Assembly: GCA_016839515.1 (NCBI GenBank)
Contig: JAEOUE010000197.1
Location: forward strand, 1 to 64,000
From: Candidatus Hodarchaeum mangrovi
GTDB taxonomy: Archaea; Asgardarchaeota; Heimdallarchaeia; Hodarchaeales; Hodarchaeaceae
Reading direction: 5' to 3'
DNA length: 64,000 nucleotides
This document shows positions 20,544 through 29,983 of the stretch, piece after piece. A program made the translations under genes and the position numbers. The notes beneath the pieces were generated by a model. The model had not been told where the DNA came from. It saw only the letters and a program-made list of their open reading frames with translations, and made no database searches. Position 1 is the stretch's first letter. Each line of letters opens with the position of its first letter.

Positions 20544-21167
20544 ATGGATTATATCGATCTTTTAGACCTATGGCGAAAGGAGAGGAAAAGCCATTCGCTT
20601 CAAAAAATCCCCTCTGATTTTTATATTTCCATAGATAGTGAATTAGCTAAGATTTATAGAACTTCCTCTGAGGTACAATGGAGAGAATTAAATGATCTAA
20701 TTATTGAGCGATTCGAATTTTTACGTCAGGATCTTACCAAACTTAGACTTCAAAAAATATTAAATTCGATTATTAATGAATTACCAATAGAGACAGCTTA
20801 TTTAACTTGGGGAGAACAAAAATTAGTGGAGAATTTACAGAAATCGATTAATACATTAAGCATCGAGAAACCAAATTTTTATACTCAGGATATTTCTCTT
20901 AACATGAGTTTACAGGAAGATCCAGACCAAGATACAGATCAAATCGACAAAAATGGCGAGATTAATAATAATACTGTCACATACATAACAGTGAGAATTC
21001 TCGCTGATACTGACCAATTTATTGGTACAGATAATAGGCGGTATGGACCCTTAAAAAAGCATAATGTGGCATACCTACCATTAGAGAATGCAAAAGCATT
21101 AATTGCTAAATCTGTAGCTCGTATTATTGAAAATAACACAAGAACAACTTCAAGTGAAATACAATGA
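20544..21167 (+). CDS. GINS complex subunit, Gins15/Sld5-Psf1 type (A domain then B domain)
   Basis: ERKSHSLQKIPSDFY, LRLQKI, and B domain FIGTDNRRYGPLKKHNVAYLPLENAKALI; conserved position before rps27e. Confidence 0.85.
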   Translation: MDYIDLLDLWRKERKSHSLQKIPSDFYISIDSELAKIYRTSSEVQWRELNDLIIERFEFLRQDLTKLRLQKILNSIINELPIETAYLTWGEQKLVENLQKSINTLSIEKPNFYTQDISLNMSLQEDPDQDTDQIDKNGEINNNTVTYITVRILADTDQFIGTDNRRYGPLKKHNVAYLPLENAKALIAKSVARIIENNTRTTSSEIQ

Positions 21168-21352
21168 AGAAAAATTACGTCCCTCAACCTCGTAGTCGAT
21201 TCTTTAAAATTCAATGTGAATGTGGAAATGTTCAAGAGATTTTTTCTCATGCAACAACTTCAGTAGATTGCCGTGTATGCGGAAAGAAATTAACACAACC
21301 TCGTAGTGGAAAAGTTGAAATATTTGCAGAAATAATTGAGGTATTAGAGTAG
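21164..21352 (+). CDS. rps27e: 30S ribosomal protein eS27
   Basis: PRSRFFKIQCECGNVQEIFSHATTSVDCRVCG. Confidence 0.96.
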   Translation: MKKNYVPQPRSRFFKIQCECGNVQEIFSHATTSVDCRVCGKKLTQPRSGKVEIFAEIIEVLE

Positions 21353-21367
21353 AATAGGCGATATCGA

Positions 21368-22153
21368 ATGGAAGTTAATTTTCCTGCTGTCGATGAGCTT
21401 GTAATCGGAACATGTACTAAATTAACTCCTCATGGAGCTTATTTTGAAATATTTGATTATGAAAAATTAGGTTCAGAGGCAGGTTTTGTCCATATTTCTG
21501 AATTAAGTCGAACTTGGGTAAGAAATATTCGAAGTCACATACGAGAAGGACAAAAAGCAGTAGTTAAGATACTTCGGGTTGATGAAGCAAGGGGAGAGAT
21601 TGATATGTCAATACGAAGAGTCTCAGAACCCCAAAAACGAGCTAAACTGAATGAGTTCAAGCAAGAAAACCGTGCAAGAGGAATCGTCGCTGTAGCCTGT
21701 GAAAAATCCAACATTAAAACTGAAGAGATTGAAAAGCTAATAATGACCGAGTATGGTTCTATTTATGATGGTTTAATCAATGCCCGAGAAGGCAGTGTTG
21801 ACATTTTAACCAAAATAGGGATTCCAAAGGAAGCTGCAGAAGAGATTTACCAACTTGCAGTGAAAGAATTGGAACCACCCAAAGTTGAATTATTTGGGTA
21901 CATAGATATCACCTGTTACGAAGCTGATGGAGCGCTTCATATAAGAAATTTCTTCAAATCTTATGAAAAAAATTTCTCGAAAAAATTTAAAGGATCAAAT
22001 TTCTTAATTCAAATTATTTCTCCACCTGAATATCGCTGTGTAATTGAAAGTAATGATTGGAAATCAGCTGAAACAATTTGGAAAGACCTCCAAGATGGGG
22101 CTACGGAATTCTTTAAACAATATGATGCTGAAGTTTCCTTTAAACGAAAATAA
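21368..22153 (+). CDS. eif2a: Translation initiation factor 2 alpha subunit
   Basis: S1 domain HISELSRTWVRNIR...IDMSIRRV and C-terminal SPPEYR. Confidence 0.95.
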   Translation: MEVNFPAVDELVIGTCTKLTPHGAYFEIFDYEKLGSEAGFVHISELSRTWVRNIRSHIREGQKAVVKILRVDEARGEIDMSIRRVSEPQKRAKLNEFKQENRARGIVAVACEKSNIKTEEIEKLIMTEYGSIYDGLINAREGSVDILTKIGIPKEAAEEIYQLAVKELEPPKVELFGYIDITCYEADGALHIRNFFKSYEKNFSKKFKGSNFLIQIISPPEYRCVIESNDWKSAETIWKDLQDGATEFFKQYDAEVSFKRK

Positions 22154-22179
22154 TCTAACTCGAAACTAATGGGGTAAGA

Positions 22180-22356
22180 ATGCGACTCTTAAGAAAATGT
22201 GATTGCACATATACTATTAATCAATCAATAAAAATGTGTGAAAAATGCAAAACATATTTCAGAAGTGCATATCCCCCTAAATTTTCACTTCATGACAAAT
22301 ATGCTACTTATCGAAGGAAAATGAAAGAGATTGCTCGTGAAGGAGAAGAATTATGA
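22180..22356 (+). CDS. nop10: H/ACA RNP subunit Nop10
   Basis: Not in the ORF track. Manual translation MRLLRKCDCTYT...CEKC...SAYPPKFSLHDKYATYRRKMK...EEL*; canonical position after aIF2alpha; ATGA overlap with the next gene. Confidence 0.92.
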   Translation: MRLLRKCDCTYTINQSIKMCEKCKTYFRSAYPPKFSLHDKYATYRRKMKEIAREGEEL

Positions 22357-22853
22357 CCGAACAGACTCCAATACTGATTCAACAATTTCAGTTAAAAGAT
22401 TTGGATCAAGTTATTGAGATTAATAGAGAATGCTTACCAGAAAATTATCCAGAAAGATTCTTTCGAACAATTTATTCAGAATTACCGTCAGCATTCATAG
22501 TAGCTAAAATTGGGGAACAAGTAATTGGGTACACAATGGCACGCGTTGAAACTGGTTTAAGTCATTATTCGATTTTTCATAGGGGAAAAAAGGGGCATAC
22601 TGTTAGTATAGCAGTTAAACCTGAATATCGTCGAAAAGGAATAGCAAAAATGCTTTTAAAGCGGTCAATTGAAGCTATGGTAGAACATGGTGTTAATGAA
22701 TTATTTTTAGAAGTAAGAGTGTCAAATGATGCCGCAGTTAATCTTTATAAAAATTTTGGGTATGAAATTTTAAAAGAAATAAGAAATTATTATAGGGATT
22801 ATGAATCTGCATATCTAATGGCCAAAAAAGTACCAAAAGATAAATTGATTTGA
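22353..22853 (+). CDS. N-terminal acetyltransferase, Ard1/RimI (GNAT) family
   Basis: INRECLPENYP, KGHTVSIAVKPEYRRKGIA, LEVRVSN and NYYRDYESAY motifs. Confidence 0.92.
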   Translation: MTEQTPILIQQFQLKDLDQVIEINRECLPENYPERFFRTIYSELPSAFIVAKIGEQVIGYTMARVETGLSHYSIFHRGKKGHTVSIAVKPEYRRKGIAKMLLKRSIEAMVEHGVNELFLEVRVSNDAAVNLYKNFGYEILKEIRNYYRDYESAYLMAKKVPKDKLI

Positions 22854-23162
22854 AATCTGAATAAAGAAATTAATTTATCTCTTCAAAAGAAATCAGATTT
22901 AGTGAAAAGATTAAAGCTCACTACTTATTATTCTAATTATCGATAGTTCTCTAAAATGATATTCTAGAACTTATGGGTTTTTTTTAAGTTTGCTGAATTC
23001 TAAAATCATTATTTTAGTAATAAATCTCTTAGGTTCAATTAGAAGGGACCTAAATATAAAGCTTTAAAAAGAACGAAACGTTACCAAAGGTAAAATAAAC
23101 TTATCAGTAATAAAAACTTTTTAAATTATGCTGATAATTTCTGTTGTTCAATTTAATAAAAT

Positions 23163-24164
23163 ATGGTGATCATAAGAATGAAGGATTATCTGTTAAAGGC
23201 TAGTAATGCCTTAACTCAGTTAAATAATACTGTTTCTATTAATGCCCGAAGTATGGCTGACGTAGTTTTAAAGATTTATACTGAGTTCGAAGAATATAGG
23301 TATATTGCTGAAACTATTCCTGATTTTATAATTCGTCCAGATAATACAAAATCAAATCTTAAAGCAAGTGGTGAGATCCGAGTAGCACAGTTATTAACCT
23401 CTATTCTGTGTGATCGAATAACAGAATTGTCTTTAAAGTTATGTGAATCTCTTGAATTCAGAGAGGAAGAAGTTGATGTCAAATTAGAAATCAGGGAGAT
23501 AAAAGATCAAGTATTCCGATTAGGTGAAGTGATCCATGTCCAACAAAAACTAGCTGATGGTGCTCCTGTATCAACAGAGGCGATTCAAGATTTAAGTAAA
23601 CGTTACGAAGCTAGAATAATTCAGCTAGAACAAGAACTCCTTAAAAAAGAGGGACGCGCGTTAACAATTACTGCATTAGATGCCGTTAAAAAGCCTAAAA
23701 TATTTGGTAAAGAGAAATTCAAATCTTCACTAGGAGATCTTATTTTAAGTTTTGGAAAAAATCTTCGTGCTAGCTCTGGGGGGTATATATCTCTTGCAAA
23801 TCTTTATACTGCCCTTAAAGAGCAAGTTCCAGACATTAATTTTTCAACAAAGGATCTAGAAGAAGTTTGTAAGATTCTAGCTAAACAAGACCTAATTTCG
23901 GGTCTTACAAAAAGATCTGGGGTTAAAATAGTAGAATTTATACCTGTTAATTTAGGAGAAGATGCAAAGAAAATATTTTCTTTAGCATCAAAAAAAGGGT
24001 TTGTAACATATGAGGAGGTTATCCTGGGAACAAAATGGGATCAACCACGTGTTGATCGTGTCCTTGAAAGCCTTGTAAATCAGAAAATAGCTCGAAAAGT
24101 ATCTAGTCTTGATTCTGGGGATCAGTATTTCTTCCCTGGATTGTATGGAGAAGATAATTGGTAG
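23163..24164 (+). CDS. ESCRT-II Vps22/Vps36 (EAP30)-like tandem winged-helix protein with N-terminal helical/coiled-coil region
   Basis: GGYISLANLY...STKDLEEVCKIL and GFVTYEEV...KWDQPRVDRVLESLV...YFFPGL resemble the SNF8/Vps22 C-terminal winged-helix domains. Confidence 0.8.
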   Translation: MVIIRMKDYLLKASNALTQLNNTVSINARSMADVVLKIYTEFEEYRYIAETIPDFIIRPDNTKSNLKASGEIRVAQLLTSILCDRITELSLKLCESLEFREEEVDVKLEIREIKDQVFRLGEVIHVQQKLADGAPVSTEAIQDLSKRYEARIIQLEQELLKKEGRALTITALDAVKKPKIFGKEKFKSSLGDLILSFGKNLRASSGGYISLANLYTALKEQVPDINFSTKDLEEVCKILAKQDLISGLTKRSGVKIVEFIPVNLGEDAKKIFSLASKKGFVTYEEVILGTKWDQPRVDRVLESLVNQKIARKVSSLDSGDQYFFPGLYGEDNW

Positions 24165-24174
24165 GTAATGAAAA

Positions 24175-25059
24175 ATGACTGAAGTTGATACAGAAAGATT
24201 TGGTGGATTATTTCGTAAAATCGGGGATGCAGTTCATATTGGTACAAAAACGTTCAAAGGAAAGACAATTCTTGGCTCTCAATTTGGATCTGATGCTTTA
24301 ATATGGAGGATAAAATCTGATGATGTAGAAAATTTTCGTAAAATAGACGGATTCATCGTAAAAGATCCAGAAAATGCTATCCTCCTTCAATCAGGGACTC
24401 TCGTAGGCGTTGCTGGAAGCGGAATATATGAACTTGATAAAGATGCAAAAAAACCTGGTAGTGAAATTATCTGGGTTACAAAACGAGAATTTGTTATTAA
24501 ATGGGGTAGTCCTGGAGTTTATACAACTGATAATATTATGGTTGGATGTTTTGGCATCTCTCGTATGAGAGTAGTAAATCCTCGGAATTTTATTATGAAT
24601 ATTGTATCACATAAACAATATTATACTAGTGAAGAATTAAGAAACTGGGTTAAACAGACAATTACCTCTGCAGTTAAACATGTTATGTCACGTTATACCG
24701 TTCCTGAATTATTAAAGGAAAGAAGGACTTTAGCTATTCAAACGAAATCCGAACTAGCTCCTGAGACATCTAGATGGGGTTTAGAACTTGTAGGATTAGA
24801 TATTGGGGGTTTTAAAGTACCAGATGAGTACCAAGCCCTACTTTCATATGAGATTGAAAAACAGGTTTTAGAAACCCAAAAAGAATTGGATGAAGCACGT
24901 AAATCCATGAATGAAGTTTCTGAACTGATAAAGAAGTATGAACATATGATAGAACAAGCTGATGAAATGTTCTTATCAGGAAAATTATCAGAAGAACGAT
25001 ACAAAGAACTAACAGATAAATATTCAAAAAAATTAGCTAAACTAAAGGCTCAATTTTAA
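24175..25059 (+). CDS. SPFH/band-7 domain protein (YdjI-like) with C-terminal coiled coil and SHOCT-like motif
   Basis: LIWR...IVKDPENAILLQSG...GIYEL, IKWG, RWGLELVGLDIGG; C-terminal FLSGKLSEERYKEL. Confidence 0.8.
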   Translation: MTEVDTERFGGLFRKIGDAVHIGTKTFKGKTILGSQFGSDALIWRIKSDDVENFRKIDGFIVKDPENAILLQSGTLVGVAGSGIYELDKDAKKPGSEIIWVTKREFVIKWGSPGVYTTDNIMVGCFGISRMRVVNPRNFIMNIVSHKQYYTSEELRNWVKQTITSAVKHVMSRYTVPELLKERRTLAIQTKSELAPETSRWGLELVGLDIGGFKVPDEYQALLSYEIEKQVLETQKELDEARKSMNEVSELIKKYEHMIEQADEMFLSGKLSEERYKELTDKYSKKLAKLKAQF

Positions 25060-25069
25060 TAACCAGCCT

Positions 25070-26836
25070 TTACATTTTCCGAGTTTGGAGGGAACCTCCA
25101 CAATCTGGACATGTAGTTACCCCTACAGCTTTGATTTCCTCATAACAATTAGCACAGATATTATTTCTGCATGATATGCACTGAAATCCAATTGCTGAAT
25201 GATTAGCTAGATTACATATGCTACAATCGAACTTAAAACCAAGCTTTTCAAGAATGATAGAAGTAGATGGAATGTCAATATACCCATTTATCTCTCCATA
25301 AATAATTAAATCCTCAATTTCTCTTATTATATTAGATTCTGAATCTTTAATCTCTCTAAAAATCTCTTGAAGGGGAACTTTCCTTGTTTTTTTATCTTCT
25401 ATTAAAAATTTTAAATTGAAATTCAAACTAGGGGGCGAGTCAATTTTTGAAAATTCATCTAAATACCATCCATTTTTCAGTGGTCCTTTTTTGCAAAAAT
25501 AACACTGCTCAGCACTAACAAGGTTGAAAGAATGTGTATATGTTATTCTACAGTCAGGACAATTCCTAGGAAGGTCTATAATAAATGCAGCGATATTCCC
25601 GCAAAATGGACATTCATGTTTACTATTTAAGGGTCTGCAATCAGAACATACAATCCTTCGGCAATTTTGACACTCATAATAAAGATTTGGATCTGAATAA
25701 GAAGAAGTATCAATTTGACAAAATACTTCAAACTTCTTCACACCTCGAATGAGAAATGGAGAGGAACTTTCACCAGCAATAATACGAAAACCAAGGACTA
25801 AGGATAAATTTATGATTACATTTAATAATAAATCAGTATCTAAATTAAGATTTCGTGCAATTGATTCTACATCTATTCCTCTATCTAGCCAGATTTCTAA
25901 TCGCGGAGAAATATAGACATTCTCTCTAATAATCCCATCTAAACTTTTATTTATTTTATTTAAAAATGAAATAAACTCTAAATATTCAATATTAAAGCGT
26001 TGTAACCAGAATTCAATCGGAATATGACGATAAATATAGATATCAAAGAGTATTTGCGAAACCATATGGCTTATTGAGTATATATGTTGTTGATCAGAAG
26101 AAAAAAGGAAAGGTATTCCTTTACAATTTTCTTTTAACATTTTTTGGCATTTTTCAATATCAATTCTAAATAACCTGCTAAGAGTCTTTAGAGATATTTC
26201 TGGTTCAAGAATAAAGGTAGTATTGAGAAAACGTTCGAAAAACTTGATATCCTTCTCAATTTGGTTTGGAGTCGAAAAATCTAAAAAAGTTAGATTATAT
26301 ATACGATTATTTAATGGATCTATATATCCGTAAAAGGTTCCTTGTTGTGCCATTAAATCTAAAATGGCTTCTAAGTGTTCTTCGGACCAATTGATTTGTT
26401 TTAAAAGAAATTTGAGGTCTATACTTCCTGTTTTTCCTAGTATATTCTGCAGAAAAATCATAGCTCCATTTGGTGTAAAAAAATATCTTCGAATCCGGTC
26501 AAAGAATCCATCATATTTCTGAAGTGATTGAAACATCACAATCTCTAGGATCTCTCCAGGTAAATTGGTTGCATCAATCAAATCACAAATGTCTACATTT
26601 CCTTTTTGGGTTAAATTATGTTCAATTAATTCATTAATGTAAGAAAGCGGAATGTAAAAATCATCATCTGGTGTTAAAATTCCATTCAACACTTTTTCAC
26701 TAATGCTTTTTCTTATAAAGAGAGCGATTTTTTGAAGGTCTTCTGAGCTATCAAAAGATTGAAGAGACACAGGTTCTGTCAGTTTCTGAGCGAAATCTAG
26801 CCATTTATCCTCTTTTTTTCGAAACATATTATTCAT
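25070..26836 (-). CDS. Winged-helix/PCI-repeat protein (UFL1/DDRGK1-like) with RING-like Zn fingers; candidate E3 ligase
   Basis: PCI-type motifs GTFYGYIDP and IIYGEINGYID; UFL1-like N-terminal segment; internal and C-terminal four-pair Cys clusters (CSIC-CISC-CANC-CPDC). Confidence 0.6.
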   Translation of the reverse strand: MNNMFRKKEDKWLDFAQKLTEPVSLQSFDSSEDLQKIALFIRKSISEKVLNGILTPDDDFYIPLSYINELIEHNLTQKGNVDICDLIDATNLPGEILEIVMFQSLQKYDGFFDRIRRYFFTPNGAMIFLQNILGKTGSIDLKFLLKQINWSEEHLEAILDLMAQQGTFYGYIDPLNNRIYNLTFLDFSTPNQIEKDIKFFERFLNTTFILEPEISLKTLSRLFRIDIEKCQKMLKENCKGIPFLFSSDQQHIYSISHMVSQILFDIYIYRHIPIEFWLQRFNIEYLEFISFLNKINKSLDGIIRENVYISPRLEIWLDRGIDVESIARNLNLDTDLLLNVIINLSLVLGFRIIAGESSSPFLIRGVKKFEVFCQIDTSSYSDPNLYYECQNCRRIVCSDCRPLNSKHECPFCGNIAAFIIDLPRNCPDCRITYTHSFNLVSAEQCYFCKKGPLKNGWYLDEFSKIDSPPSLNFNLKFLIEDKKTRKVPLQEIFREIKDSESNIIREIEDLIIYGEINGYIDIPSTSIILEKLGFKFDCSICNLANHSAIGFQCISCRNNICANCYEEIKAVGVTTCPDCGGSLQTRKM

Positions 26837-27001
26837 CCAATAAGCTCGAGAACATCTTCAAGCAAATCGTCATCTATAATCATTTATATTTTGTTAATTA
26901 AATTCTAAATTATTCTGGATCAATTTTTTTGAATGAAGTTTTTATTTGAAATCTTTTATAAAACTGTAATACATTTTCAAGAATATCTTAGGTTTTGAAA
27001 T

Positions 27002-27322
27002 ATGAGTCATTCAGAATTTAGATGTATAAATTGTGGATATATTCCACATGAGTCTCCTGTATCAGGGAATTGGTATTGTCCCAAATGTGGAAAGCGATCA
27101 ACGATAAAAATTGAACAGCCTCTCCACGTTCGAAGTTATTTACGGCATAAAAGTGTTCATCAACGAAGTAAAGATGAAATATATAATGATATTTATAAAA
27201 AACTTACTCTAGAAGAAAAACAAGAATTGGGTTATAAAGAACCTTATATAAATCCAGTTCTATCTTCAGTAGAACCCAAAAAGAGGGAAACCATTCGTCT
27301 TTTCTTACCCTCTGATAATTAA
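27002..27322 (+). CDS. Small Zn-ribbon protein
   Basis: CINCG...CPKCG. Confidence 0.65.
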   Translation: MSHSEFRCINCGYIPHESPVSGNWYCPKCGKRSTIKIEQPLHVRSYLRHKSVHQRSKDEIYNDIYKKLTLEEKQELGYKEPYINPVLSSVEPKKRETIRLFLPSDN

Positions 27323-28560
27323 TTATTTTTTTTCTCAAATATAACTTTAATTCTTTTGTCTTTTTCACCATATAAGGGTGAAAAAGTTATTCGATCCCCA
27401 TTCGAGAGAATATCCTTTATTATATCTCCCTCATTCAGATGTTTATTTCCTCTAAATGCTAAGAATTCATCTTCATATTTATTATTTACTTCCTGAACAA
27501 TTTCTATGAATCTATTATCTGGATTTACATGGATCATTGATATTTGATCTGAATTTATTCCCCTATTTCCACAAACAAAACAATCGGGATCTGCTAATAG
27601 TTTAAAAGTGGAAAAAGTGCCTGTAAGTCCTGAATAAATAGTTAAAGAAGGAATCTGGAACCTCTCCGATTTTCGTAATCTTCTCAAGATTTTTTGATCT
27701 TTTCTTTTAAGAGAAGACCTTTTTTCAAAAAAAAGTGTGTTAATTATCAATTGAGATTGAATACCACTAATTACTGAATTGACAGTTATTATACTTGGAA
27801 TATGAGTAAGTATGAGTTGTTTTAATTCTTTGATATCATAACTAGGAAATTTGTGATTTTTTGTGCAATTATTTGCAATTTTCTGAAGAAATTTCATATC
27901 TTTATTAGAATTTTCTCTGGGCTCTCGATTATATCTTGTATAAAAGGAATAAAGAGCCTTCCAAGCACAATGTTCACGAATTCTCGGAGTTCCAACCAAT
28001 GTACATGGAGCTGTCCAAATATTTGTTTCATCTGGTGGGGGAGGATTGTCACATGCTAAACAAGATGAAAAATTCTTCTGAATATATTGAACTTGTCCAA
28101 TGTATCCATCAGTAGCAGAATCAATATATGGTTTAGATAATTCAATTGCTAATGAATTAATATATTGACGAGCTAAAAAATTATCGACGCATCCAGCAAT
28201 AATGTCAACTTCTTCAAAAATTTCAGTAGGGATGTCTTGGATTTTAATTGAAAATGCTTCAACATTTACTTGTTTATTGAACATCGTACTAATTCTATCT
28301 TTCGCAACTTCTGCTTTACTCTTTCCAATATCTGTTTCTCGAAAGAGCATTTGACGATTTAGATTTGAATATTCAATTGTATCAACATCAACCAAAATTA
28401 ATTTTCCAACGCCTAGGAGTGACAGATTTTTTATAACCTCACTTCCAGTGCCACCTATGCCCACAACAAGAACTGAACTATTCTGGATTAATTTTTGATC
28501 CCATAAAACTAATCGTTCTTGTCTATCATACCGCAAGTTATATTGATCTTCTTGTGACAT
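27319..28560 (-). CDS. Ubiquitin-like activating enzyme E1 (ThiF family, UBA2/UBA3-like)
   Basis: RYDRQ, GIGGTG, DVDTIEYSNLNRQ, catalytic-Cys segment PCTLVGTPRIREHC, Zn pairs CLAC/CFVC and a probable C-terminal ubiquitin-fold domain. Confidence 0.92.
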   Translation of the reverse strand: MSQEDQYNLRYDRQERLVLWDQKLIQNSSVLVVGIGGTGSEVIKNLSLLGVGKLILVDVDTIEYSNLNRQMLFRETDIGKSKAEVAKDRISTMFNKQVNVEAFSIKIQDIPTEIFEEVDIIAGCVDNFLARQYINSLAIELSKPYIDSATDGYIGQVQYIQKNFSSCLACDNPPPPDETNIWTAPCTLVGTPRIREHCAWKALYSFYTRYNREPRENSNKDMKFLQKIANNCTKNHKFPSYDIKELKQLILTHIPSIITVNSVISGIQSQLIINTLFFEKRSSLKRKDQKILRRLRKSERFQIPSLTIYSGLTGTFSTFKLLADPDCFVCGNRGINSDQISMIHVNPDNRFIEIVQEVNNKYEDEFLAFRGNKHLNEGDIIKDILSNGDRITFSPLYGEKDKRIKVIFEKKNN

Positions 28561-28593
28561 TGAAATAATCCTTTTAAATAAAAAGAAAAGGTA

Positions 28594-28923
28594 TTATCCA
28601 CCCTTAATCTGATCAGGGACAATCATAAGCATTGCATTTTCTTCAATGTTGTAACTTGATAAGCTATTTGATGGATTCATGCGTCTACCTTTGTATAATA
28701 GAGCAATTGGCACTACTTCAGGAATATTGAACGCATCACGAGCTGCTCCAATAGCTTGAAAAACGCTCCCATTCATATTGATATATTTTTCACGAACGTT
28801 TTGATCTGGAGGGAGCTGAGGATCTTTAAAACGTACTTTCACCATTTTTTCTATACTTGAATCGGAGGGACTTTTTCTGACTGAATTATCCCATATAACA
28901 TCTTTTTTAGACAATATTATCAC
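28594..28923 (-). CDS. Ubiquitin-like protein with exposed C-terminal GG and UFM1-like features (alternative start ATG 28845, 83 aa)
   Basis: LLYKGRRMNPSNSLSSYNIEENAMLMIVPDQIKGG* is a beta-grasp pattern; directly upstream of E1. Confidence 0.85.
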   Translation of the reverse strand: MIILSKKDVIWDNSVRKSPSDSSIEKMVKVRFKDPQLPPDQNVREKYINMNGSVFQAIGAARDAFNIPEVVPIALLYKGRRMNPSNSLSSYNIEENAMLMIVPDQIKGG

Positions 28924-28934
28924 CTTTTATTAAA

Positions 28935-29735
28935 TTAGACATATAGTAAACGTTCAATTTCGGATAGAGTTGTTAAAAGATCAATTCTACCTTTTGCATA
29001 ATCCTCTAAAGGACCTTTAATGAGCGGATATGTGTTTAGTAGTTCACTTTCGAGCCCTATCGGATAGTTCTTTTTTCTTTTGATAATTAAATTAATGATT
29101 TCCCCATCTTGTGCATAGAATTTTACAATAATATCTTTTGTACTAACCGTTGAATCATAGTTTGTAAGGATTTTTTTGATAAGTGGGTCTTTTTCATATT
29201 CAACTGTTGAAAATTCAGGTTTTTTTATGCTTACATCAACCTCCCCTAAGGCTTTTGGAATTTTATCCTCCGCAAGCTTGTAGATTTCTTCTAATACGTT
29301 GAGAATGCTTGAAGAATTAGGAGTCCAAGATTTCATCGACGGTAAATCGTTGAGTTCACAATCTAGAATTTCTCGAAGTTGACTGGGTCCATCGATATAT
29401 GGACGAGCAGGCAGATCATCTAAAACTACGAGCAATGGAAATGCATAGGCCCCTACTTGCATTTTGATTCTGATTTTTCCAATCTCATCCCCAATATATT
29501 CACCAGGAAAGTTTTCTAATACTTTTTGCCCTTCTTGGTAAATCAAATAGTAAGATTCAGCTTTTAATTCATCATCGACAATCGATTCATTTTCAGCTGT
29601 GAAAGAGGACCGTTTTATGTAATTTGTAAGATCACAATAATCACACTTCACAGGAAATTGAAAAATGGGTTTTTGAGAGAGAGGAGCACCACAACCATTA
29701 CACTGCGCAATATTACTCTGAATTTCGAAATCCAT
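28935..29735 (-). CDS. Zn-ribbon + UEV-like (inactive E2 fold) protein, Vps23/TSG101- or BRCC45-like
   Basis: CNGCGAPL...CDYC ribbon; LPSMKSWTPNSSSILNVLEEI resembles the end of a UEV domain; C-terminal KGRIDLLTTL resembles a steadiness box. Confidence 0.55.
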   Translation of the reverse strand: MDFEIQSNIAQCNGCGAPLSQKPIFQFPVKCDYCDLTNYIKRSSFTAENESIVDDELKAESYYLIYQEGQKVLENFPGEYIGDEIGKIRIKMQVGAYAFPLLVVLDDLPARPYIDGPSQLREILDCELNDLPSMKSWTPNSSSILNVLEEIYKLAEDKIPKALGEVDVSIKKPEFSTVEYEKDPLIKKILTNYDSTVSTKDIIVKFYAQDGEIINLIIKRKKNYPIGLESELLNTYPLIKGPLEDYAKGRIDLLTTLSEIERLLYV

Positions 29736-29983
29736 ACATTCTCACCAAAGATAATTTTATGTGTTTTTTACGGAAGCTAATTTTAAATCTTAATTAATTA
29801 TGACTAAGATATTGTTTTATTTAACTTACAGATTATAGATAGGGTTGAAGGATTTATTAATTAATTCATCTCGGATGAATACGATTCTTTGTATGATGAC
29901 TTAGAATACAGACCTTAAAAAGATAGCTCATTCTGGTGCAATTCAACCATAAATAAGGCAACCTTTTAAATATTGAGGACTGA

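Noticed and set aside
29893-29983. ATGATGA...CTGA pair resembling a box C/D RNA upstream of the E2 gene
   Set aside because: About 90 nt long with no clear D'/C' boxes or terminal stem; the CTGA sits between the E2 RBS and start codon.
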